Of a DNA stretch of 64,000 nucleotides, positions 56,697 to 64,000 are shown piece by piece. The translations under genes were made by a program, and so were the position numbers. The stretch is from a bacterium. GTDB taxonomy: Bacteria > UBA8248 > JACPRG01 > G963555815. How positions within the stretch are numbered: position 1 is the first letter of the stretch; every line of letters starts with the position of its first letter. The stretch spans positions 608,001 to 672,000 of the forward strand of contig CBDHDG010000007.1 in NCBI GenBank assembly GCA_965261595.1. Direction: 5' to 3'. The notes below the pieces were generated by a model. It did no database searches. It saw nothing but the letters and a program-made list of their open reading frames with translations, and had not been told where the DNA came from.

Positions 56697-59438
56697 GTGA
56701 GGCCCGGCGGCGGGCCGGACATGCGGTCCGAACGCCGCGAGAGGAGTCGTGGAAAGTTGGGTAACGGGGTCAGCAAGGAGAGCGACGTAGCCAAATTCGA
56801 TTCCGCCGAGCTTCACGAATGGCTTGAGTCCCTGAACTACGTCCTCCAAAGCGGCGGTCCGGAACACGTCAAAGAGTTGTTGAACACCCTTTACCTTCAC
56901 GCCTACCAGCGCGGCGTCCGACTGCCCTTTTCCGCCAACACCCCTTACGTCAACACCATCCCCATCGAAGACCAGCCCCCGTTTCCCGGCAACCGGGAGA
57001 TCGAGCGGCGCATGAAGAGCCTGACCCGCTGGAACGCCATGGCCATGGTCGTCCGGGCCAACCGGCACGAGGACGGCATCGGCGGACACATCTCCACCTA
57101 CGCCTCAGCCGCGACCTTGTACGAGATCGGCTTCAACCACTTCTTCCGGGGCAAGGGAGACAACCACGACGGAGACCAGATCTACTTCCAGGGCCACGCC
57201 TCGCCGGGCATCTACGCCCGCGCCTTCCTGGAAGGCCGGCTGAGCCAACAGCAGCTTGAGAACTTCCGCCGCGAGCTGAGTCCCAAGGGCGGGCTGTCTT
57301 CCTACCCGCACCCCCGGCTGATGCCCGATCTGTGGGAATTCCCGACCGTTTCGATGGGGCTCGCCCCCATCCAGGCCATCTACCAGGCGCGGTTCAACCG
57401 CTACCTGGAGGACCGGGGTCTCAAAGAGGACACCGGCGCCAAGGTGTGGGCGTTCCTGGGGGACGGCGAGATGGACGAGCCCGAGGCCCTGGGCGCCATC
57501 TCCCTGGCCGCGCGCGCCCGGCTGGACAACCTCATTTTCGTCATCAACTGCAACCTCCAGCGCCTCGACGGCCCGGTGCGCGGCAACGGCAAGATCATTC
57601 AGGAGCTGGAACGGGCCTTCCGCGGGACCGGCTGGAACGTCATCAAGGTCCTGTGGGGAGAGGACTGGGACCCCCTGTTTGCCAAGGACGAAGATGGCCT
57701 GCTGGCGAAGCGGCTGGAAGAGGTCGTGGACGGCTGGTCCCAGAAATACACCGTCGAGGACGGCGCGTTCATCCGCAAACACCTCTTCGGCGTGGACCCC
57801 CGAATTCTGGAGATGGTCAAAGACCTCAGCGACGAGGAGATCCGCAAGATGCGTCGGGGCGGGCACGACCCCGAGAAGGTTTACGCCGCCTACAAGGCCG
57901 CCGTCGAGCACAAGGGGCCCCCGACGGTCATCCTGGCGAGGACCATCAAGGGCTACGGCCTCGGCGAGAGCGGCGAGGGAAAAAACATCACCCACCAGCA
58001 GAAGAAGATGAACGAAGGCGAGCTCCGCGAGTTCCGCGCGCGCTTCGGCATCCCGATCTCCGACGAAGACCTGGCGGACGCGCCGTTTTACCGGCCCCCC
58101 GAGGACAGCCCCGAAATCGTTTACCTGAAAGAGCGCCGCACAGCCCTGGGCGGACCCGTGCCGTCGCGCGTCGTCCGGTGCGAGCCCATCGAGCCTCCGT
58201 CCGAGGAGATGTTGGACGAGTTCTACGAGGGCACGGGCGGACGCGGGATGGCCACCACCATGGCCTTCGTGCGGATCCTCTCCAAGCTGCTCAAAGACGA
58301 GAAACTCGGCAAGCTCATCGTCCCCATCGTCCCCGACGAGGCCCGGACCTTCGGCATGGAATCCCTGTTCCGGCAGGTCGGAATCTACTCCCACGTGGGG
58401 CAGAACTACGAGCCCGTCGACGCCGACAACCTACTCTATTACAAAGAAGCCCGGGACGGACAGATCCTGGAGGAGGGGATCACCGAGGCGGGCGGGATGT
58501 CGTCCTTCATCGCCGCGGGGACGGCCTACGCCACCCACGGCGTCAACACCATCCCCTTTTACATCTACTACTCCATGTTCGGCTTCCAGCGGATCGGCGA
58601 CCTGATCTGGTCGGCGGCGGACATGGGGGTTCGGGGGTTTTTGGTGGGCGGAACGGCCGGGCGGACCACACTGGCGGGCGAGGGCCTCCAGCACCAGGAC
58701 GGCCACAGCCACCTGCTGGCCTATCCCGTGCCGAACCTGTGCGCGTACGACGTGGCCTTCGCTTACGAGCTGGCGGTGATCATCCGAGACGGCATCCGCC
58801 GGATGTATCAGGACCAGGAGCAGATTTTCTACTACCTGACCGTCGAGAACGAGAGCTACCCGATGGGCGCCATGCCGGCGGGCGTGAAAGAGGGCATCCT
58901 GAAGGGGATGTACAAGCTCAGCGCCTCGGAGAACGGAAAGGCCGATCACCGCGCACAGTTGTTCGGCTCCGGCGCCATCGTGAACGAGGCGGTCAAAGCC
59001 GGGCAAATCCTGGAAGAGAAGTATGGCGTGGCCGCGGACGTCTGGAGCGTGACGAGCCACAAAGAGCTGCGGCGCGACGCGCTCGCCGTTGAGCGGTGGA
59101 ACCTGCTCCATCCCGGCGAGACGCCCCGGATCCCCTACATCACCCGGATCCTTCAGAACGAGCCGGGGGTCTTCGTGGCAACCTCCGACTATGTGAAAAC
59201 ACTGCCCGATTCCATCAGCCGGTGGTTCCCGAAACCGCTGATCTCCCTGGGAACGGACGGATTCGGATTGAGCGAGAGCCGGGCGGCCCTGCGGGACCAC
59301 TTCGAGATCGACGCGAGGTACATCACCCTGGCGACACTGACCGCGCTGATGCGGGAAGGGAAGATCGAACCGGATGCCGTCCGGCAGGCCGTCAAGGACC
59401 TGAACATCGATCCCGAAAAACGGGACCCCATGGCCTAG
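56697..59438 (+). CDS. aceE: Pyruvate dehydrogenase E1, homodimeric type
   Basis: GGHISTY, GDGEMDEPE, PDEARTFG, GEGLQHQDG; start uncertain. Confidence 0.96.
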   Translation: MRPGGGPDMRSERRERSRGKLGNGVSKESDVAKFDSAELHEWLESLNYVLQSGGPEHVKELLNTLYLHAYQRGVRLPFSANTPYVNTIPIEDQPPFPGNREIERRMKSLTRWNAMAMVVRANRHEDGIGGHISTYASAATLYEIGFNHFFRGKGDNHDGDQIYFQGHASPGIYARAFLEGRLSQQQLENFRRELSPKGGLSSYPHPRLMPDLWEFPTVSMGLAPIQAIYQARFNRYLEDRGLKEDTGAKVWAFLGDGEMDEPEALGAISLAARARLDNLIFVINCNLQRLDGPVRGNGKIIQELERAFRGTGWNVIKVLWGEDWDPLFAKDEDGLLAKRLEEVVDGWSQKYTVEDGAFIRKHLFGVDPRILEMVKDLSDEEIRKMRRGGHDPEKVYAAYKAAVEHKGPPTVILARTIKGYGLGESGEGKNITHQQKKMNEGELREFRARFGIPISDEDLADAPFYRPPEDSPEIVYLKERRTALGGPVPSRVVRCEPIEPPSEEMLDEFYEGTGGRGMATTMAFVRILSKLLKDEKLGKLIVPIVPDEARTFGMESLFRQVGIYSHVGQNYEPVDADNLLYYKEARDGQILEEGITEAGGMSSFIAAGTAYATHGVNTIPFYIYYSMFGFQRIGDLIWSAADMGVRGFLVGGTAGRTTLAGEGLQHQDGHSHLLAYPVPNLCAYDVAFAYELAVIIRDGIRRMYQDQEQIFYYLTVENESYPMGAMPAGVKEGILKGMYKLSASENGKADHRAQLFGSGAIVNEAVKAGQILEEKYGVAADVWSVTSHKELRRDALAVERWNLLHPGETPRIPYITRILQNEPGVFVATSDYVKTLPDSISRWFPKPLISLGTDGFGLSESRAALRDHFEIDARYITLATLTALMREGKIEPDAVRQAVKDLNIDPEKRDPMA

Positions 59439-59453
59439 CGGCCGGAATCCATT

Positions 59454-60731
59454 ATGACGACGGAATTCAAGCTGCCCAACCTCGGTGAAAACATCGAATC
59501 AGGCGACGTCCTGAAGGTCCTGGTGTCCGCCGGGGACAAAATCGAAAAAGAACAAACCGTTATCGAGCTCGAGACGGACAAGGCCGCCATCGAAGTGCCT
59601 TCGCCCGTGAGCGGGATCGTCAGCGCGGTCCACATCCATGTGGGCGAAAAGGCCGCCGTGGGACAGCTCATCCTGACGGTGGAGACCGACGGCGCGGCGG
59701 AAGACGCGGTGCCGTCCGGGCCGCCGGAAGCGCCTCCCCCCCCTCCCCCCCCCGAGGCGGAAGAGGCCTCCCCGGCACCACCGGAAGCGCCCGCCGAGGC
59801 GCCCGCGCCACCGGACGATGGCGAGGGGGTCTCCGTCGCGGCAACGCCCTCGGTCCGGCGTCAGGCGCGCGAGATCGGCGTCGACCTTCAGACCGTGAAA
59901 GGGACAAGACGCGGCGGCCGCATCTCCGTTGCCGACGTCAAGGCGCACGCCAAATCGGCCCTACAGGGAAGAGGCGCGGCCCCGGCGGGCGTAGCGGCGC
60001 TCGTCCCCCTCCCGGATTTCACAAAGTGGGGAAAGGTCGAGCGCCGGCCCATGTCCGGCGTCCGGCGCGCGACGGCCGCGCACCTGTCCAGGGCATGGGC
60101 GACGATCCCCCACGTGACCCAGTGCGACAAGGCCGACATCACTGCGCTGGAGAAGCTCCGCAAACGCTACGGGAAGAAGGCCGAAGCCGCGGGCGGAAAG
60201 CTGACGGTCACGGCCATCATCCTGAAACTGCTCGCCTCGGCCCTGAAGGTCTATCCCCAGTTCAACGCCAGCGTGGACGCCGCCAACGAAGAGGTGATTT
60301 ACAAAGAATACGTCCACATCGGCGTCGCGGTCGATACCGAGCGGGGCCTGCTGGTCCCGGTCATCCGGGACGTGGACCGGAAAAACATCATCCGGCTTTC
60401 CGTCGAGCTGAGCGAGGCCGCCGGGAAGGCCAGAGAAGGGAAGCTGTCCATCGACGAAATGCGGGGCGGCTCGATGACCATCACCAACCTGGGCGGGATC
60501 GGGGGGACGCACTTCACGCCGATCATCAACGCGCCCGAGGTCGCCATCCTGGGGGTCTCCCGCGGCGGCGTCGAGCCCGTCCATATCGACGGGGAATTCC
60601 AGCCGCGCGTGATGCTGCCCCTGTCCCTGTCCTACGACCACCGCCTGATCGACGGGGCCGACGCCGCGCGCTTCCTACGGTGGCTGGCCGAGGCCCTGGA
60701 GAACCCCTTCCTGGCCTTCCTGGAAGGGTAA
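59454..60731 (+). CDS. aceF: Dihydrolipoamide acetyltransferase E2
   Basis: One lipoyl domain ETDKA, Pro/Ala linker, DHRLIDG. Confidence 0.93.
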   Translation: MTTEFKLPNLGENIESGDVLKVLVSAGDKIEKEQTVIELETDKAAIEVPSPVSGIVSAVHIHVGEKAAVGQLILTVETDGAAEDAVPSGPPEAPPPPPPPEAEEASPAPPEAPAEAPAPPDDGEGVSVAATPSVRRQAREIGVDLQTVKGTRRGGRISVADVKAHAKSALQGRGAAPAGVAALVPLPDFTKWGKVERRPMSGVRRATAAHLSRAWATIPHVTQCDKADITALEKLRKRYGKKAEAAGGKLTVTAIILKLLASALKVYPQFNASVDAANEEVIYKEYVHIGVAVDTERGLLVPVIRDVDRKNIIRLSVELSEAAGKAREGKLSIDEMRGGSMTITNLGGIGGTHFTPIINAPEVAILGVSRGGVEPVHIDGEFQPRVMLPLSLSYDHRLIDGADAARFLRWLAEALENPFLAFLEG

Positions 60732-60738
60732 TCCCGAC

Positions 60739-62166
60739 ATGAGCGAAGAATCCGGCGCGACAGAAGTGGCCGTCCTCGGAGGCGGACCGGGCGGGTACGC
60801 GGCGGCGTTCCGGGCCGCGGACCTCGGCAAGCGGGTCGCCCTCATCGATGAGGGCGAGAATCCGGGGGGCGTTTGCCTGTACCGGGGTTGCATCCCGTCC
60901 AAGGCCCTGCTCCACGTGGCCAAGGTGATCGCCGAATCCCGCGAGGCCGCCGCGTGGGGCGTCGAGTTTTCGCCCCCCAAGATCGACCTGAACAGGATGC
61001 GCGCCTGGAAAGAGGACATCGTGACGAAGCTGACCGCGGGCGTGGGGCAGCTCTCCAAGGCCCGGGGCGTCCGCTTCGTCCGGGGCCGGGGGAAATTCCT
61101 CGACGCCGGGACGCTGCGTGTCGAGCGGTCCGCGGGCGGCGAAGAGGACATTCCCTTCGAGCGCGCCATCATCGCCGCCGGCTCCCGGCCCTTCATCCCT
61201 CCGGGTCTTTCGTTGGAATCGGCCCGGCTCATGGATTCGACCTCCGCGCTGGCGCTGAAAGACGCGCCCGAGTCCCTCCTGGTCGTCGGCGGGGGCTACA
61301 TCGGCCTCGAGCTGGGCAGCGTGTACGCCGCCCTGGGCGCCCGGGTGACGGTCGTCGAGATGACCGCGGGCCTGCTGCCCGGGGCCGACCGGGACTTGGT
61401 CAACATCCTCGCCAAGCGGCTGGAGAAAACCCTTCACGCCGTCCTGCTCAATACGAAGGTCGCCGGGATGAAAGAAGTGAAGGGCGGCATTCAGGCCCGG
61501 CTCGAGGGCGAAGGCGCGGCGCCGGCCGAGGCGGTGTTCGAGAAAGTCCTGGTCGCCGTGGGACGCGCGCCCAATTCCGGCGGATTGGGGCTGGAGAACA
61601 CGAAGGTCGAGATCGACGAGAAGGGGTTCATCAAAACGGACGCCCAGCGGCGGACGGCGGAAGACAACATCTTCGCCATCGGCGACGTGGCGGGCGAGCC
61701 CATGCTCGCGCACAAGGCCACGCACGAAGGCCGGGTGGCGGCGGAGGCGATCGCGGGCGCAAAGGCGGCCTTCGAGCCGGCCGCCATTCCCGCCGTCGTC
61801 TTCACCGACCCGGAGATCGCCTGGTGCGGCCTCACCGAGACCGCCGCCAAGGTGGAGAAGATCCCCGTCCAAGTGGCCCGCTTCCCCTGGGCGGCTTCCG
61901 GCAGGGCCCAGACCCTGGGACAGAGCGACGGCGTCACGAAGCTTGTCATCGACCCCGAGACGGAGCGGGTCCTGGGCGTCGGCATCTGCGGAAGCGGCGC
62001 GGGAGAGCTGATCGCCGAGGGCGTCCTGGCGGTGGAGATGGCCGCCGTGGCGGCGGACGTGGGCCTGAGCATTCATCCGCACCCCACGCTCTCGGAGACC
62101 CTCATGGAATCCGCCGACGTCTTCTTCGGCACGAGCACGCACATTTATCGGCCGAAGCGGGGGTGA
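60739..62166 (+). CDS. lpdA: Dihydrolipoamide dehydrogenase
   Basis: GGGPGG, CLYRGC, HPHPTLSE. Confidence 0.96.
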   Translation: MSEESGATEVAVLGGGPGGYAAAFRAADLGKRVALIDEGENPGGVCLYRGCIPSKALLHVAKVIAESREAAAWGVEFSPPKIDLNRMRAWKEDIVTKLTAGVGQLSKARGVRFVRGRGKFLDAGTLRVERSAGGEEDIPFERAIIAAGSRPFIPPGLSLESARLMDSTSALALKDAPESLLVVGGGYIGLELGSVYAALGARVTVVEMTAGLLPGADRDLVNILAKRLEKTLHAVLLNTKVAGMKEVKGGIQARLEGEGAAPAEAVFEKVLVAVGRAPNSGGLGLENTKVEIDEKGFIKTDAQRRTAEDNIFAIGDVAGEPMLAHKATHEGRVAAEAIAGAKAAFEPAAIPAVVFTDPEIAWCGLTETAAKVEKIPVQVARFPWAASGRAQTLGQSDGVTKLVIDPETERVLGVGICGSGAGELIAEGVLAVEMAAVAADVGLSIHPHPTLSETLMESADVFFGTSTHIYRPKRG

Positions 62167-62334
62167 GCGCCGGTCCCGGCCCCGTCACGGCGCCGGCGCC
62201 CGGCGGCCCGCTTCCAATCCGGGCGGCGCCTTCCGCGATCCCGCCCGGTGGGTGTATATTGAACTGCGTGGAATCGCCGGCATGGGCGGCGAAGACGACC
62301 GAAACCCATTCCATTGAAATCCTGGAGAAAACGC

Positions 62335-63009
62335 ATGAAATTCTTCCTGGACACGGCGGACGTCGAGGAAATCCGCGAAGGCGTGGACCTGGGGCTGATC
62401 GACGGCGTGACGACGAACCCCAGCCTCATCGCCCGAGAGGGCAAGGACTACCGGAAAGCCCTGGAGGAGGTCTGCGCGGTGTGCGAGGGGCCGGTGAGCG
62501 CCGAGGTCCTGAGCGAGGACTTCGAGGGGATGCTCGTCGAAGGGCGCGACCTGTCCCAGATCGCCGGCAACATCGTGGTCAAAGTCCCCCTGGGCCCGCC
62601 GGGACTCAAGGCCACGCGCCGGTTCAGCGAGGAAGGCATCCCGGTCAACGTCACGCTGTGCTTCTCCGCCACCCAGGCCCTCCTGGCGGCCAAAGCGGGG
62701 GCTGCGTACATCAGCCCCTTCGTCGGCCGGCTGGACGACATCAGCCACTCCGGCATGGAGCTGGTCGAGGAGATCCTCGCCATCTATGACAACTACGGCT
62801 ACGAGACCGAGGTCCTCGTCGCCAGCGTCCGGAACCCCATCCACGTCCTGCAGGCCGCCCTGGCCGGCGCCGACGTGGTGACATTGCCCTTCGCCGTCCT
62901 CAAGCAGATGCTCCACCATCCCCTGACGGACAAGGGACTCAAGAAATTCCTGGCGGACTGGAAGGCGGCGAATCGCAACTTCATGACGGAAGAGGCCGAG
63001 GAACGATAA
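62335..63009 (+). CDS. Transaldolase/fructose-6-phosphate aldolase family
   Basis: [31 protein letters not shown]. Confidence 0.92.
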   Translation: MKFFLDTADVEEIREGVDLGLIDGVTTNPSLIAREGKDYRKALEEVCAVCEGPVSAEVLSEDFEGMLVEGRDLSQIAGNIVVKVPLGPPGLKATRRFSEEGIPVNVTLCFSATQALLAAKAGAAYISPFVGRLDDISHSGMELVEEILAIYDNYGYETEVLVASVRNPIHVLQAALAGADVVTLPFAVLKQMLHHPLTDKGLKKFLADWKAANRNFMTEEAEER

Positions 63010-63018
63010 GGAGGCGAT

Positions 63019-63270
63019 ATGCCCATTTACGAATATGCGTGCGCCGATTGCGAGGGGGTGTTCGAAAAACTGATCATGGGCGCCCCGGGAAAGAACGGAA
63101 ACGCGAAAGCCGTCACCTGCCCGTCCTGCGACTCGGCCTCGGTGGCCAAAAAGTTCTCCAGTTTCGCAGTGAAATCCGATTACGTCCCCATCTCCACGGG
63201 CGCCGGCAAGCCGGCCGGGGGGGGAGGGGGAGGCGGAGGCTGCTGCGGGGGGTTCTGCGGCTGCGGCTAG
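63019..63270 (+). CDS. FmdB-family zinc ribbon protein
   Basis: MPIYEYAC..C...CP.C, Gly/Cys-rich tail. Confidence 0.85.
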   Translation: MPIYEYACADCEGVFEKLIMGAPGKNGNAKAVTCPSCDSASVAKKFSSFAVKSDYVPISTGAGKPAGGGGGGGGCCGGFCGCG

Positions 63271-63445
63271 AGTGCCGGCCGTCTACAACGTTCCGCGCCT
63301 TCTCGCCGGGGCGGCGATTCGACCCGCCGGCCTGTGACACCTGTAACACCATCGCCCGGCGGGCCGGAAGCCCGCCTGACCCGTTCCCGTGGCCCGAAGG
63401 ACGCATCGCGCGGTCCCGCGGGCCCTTTTTTCGTCCCGCCATGAT

Positions 63446-64000
63446 ATGAACACCTTCTCCAGCGCAGCCGTCGAGGCGAAAGACCTCGTGAAGCGGTTCG
63501 GCAGCTTGACCGCCGTGGACCGGATCGGTTTCGAGGCCCGGGCGGGGGAGTGCTTCGGCTTCCTCGGCCCCAACGGCGCCGGAAAAACCTCGACGATGAA
63601 GATGATCCATTGCGCCTCGCCGGTGACGGAGGGGACGCTGCGCGTCCTGGGGATGGACGTCCGAACCTCGGCGAGGGCAATCAAGCGGCGGCTCGGCGTC
63701 GTCCCCCAGGAGACCAACCTGGACCCGGACCTTCCGGTCCGGCGGAATTTGCTGACCTACGCCCGGTACTTCGGCCTGCCCCGGGCCGTGGCCGCGGAGC
63801 GGGCCGACCGTCTCCTCGAGACCCTCGAGTTGGCCGGGCGGGCGAACGCCAGGGTGGACGTCCTCTCGGGCGGGATGAAGCGGCGTCTCCTCATCGCCCG
63901 GGCTCTCATCCACGAGCCGAAGCTCCTGATCCTGGACGAGCCCACGACCGGCCTCGACCCGCAGGCCCGCCACCTCATCTGGCAGCGCCTCCGGCGATTG
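63446..64000 (+). CDS. ABC transporter ATPase (NodI/DrrA-like), truncated by the window end
   Basis: GPNGAGKT, LSGGMKRR, LDEPTTGLDPQAR. Confidence 0.9.
   Translation, partial: MNTFSSAAVEAKDLVKRFGSLTAVDRIGFEARAGECFGFLGPNGAGKTSTMKMIHCASPVTEGTLRVLGMDVRTSARAIKRRLGVVPQETNLDPDLPVRRNLLTYARYFGLPRAVAAERADRLLETLELAGRANARVDVLSGGMKRRLLIARALIHEPKLLILDEPTTGLDPQARHLIWQRLRRL

Noticed and set aside
63271..63440. Structured intergenic region as an ncRNA
   Set aside because: Only generic GC-rich hairpins and a T tract; no recognisable family.

Overview
GC-rich bacterial chromosome segment. An outer-membrane beta-barrel gene implies a diderm host, but the taxon cannot be determined from this window. No rRNA, tRNA or CRISPR array was seen. 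Order of content: two tandem exported MBL-fold proteins; a catabolic cluster (XRE-cupin regulator, M24 peptidase, SDH/FRD-like flavoprotein, short [2Fe-2S] subunit, Rieske oxygenase, two EamA transporters, GntR, DapA-like, M20 hydrolase, HisC-like), most of it bracketed by two inverted, equal-length (375 bp) structured non-coding elements; an archaeal-type gatD/gatE pair; a sigma54-driven porin with an adjacent enhancer-binding protein; a TatT-containing TRAP system; oppBC; a low-GC island (~29.8-37.5 kb) with an IS-disrupted higBA module, a HigA-EcsC-like fusion and a nested IS630>IS1595>IS3 stack; housekeeping genes (ridA, purE, tsaC, yebC, a pyrB fusion); a second IS hotspot (50.2-54.8 kb); spoVG; aceE-aceF-lpdA; transaldolase; a FmdB-type protein; and a truncated ABC ATPase. 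About ten genes carry frameshifts or in-frame stops, reflecting either real decay or assembly error. Best leads: the 375-bp structured repeat, bacterial GatDE, and the flavoprotein/[2Fe-2S]/Rieske trio. All family calls come from motif recognition by eye, not from database searches.
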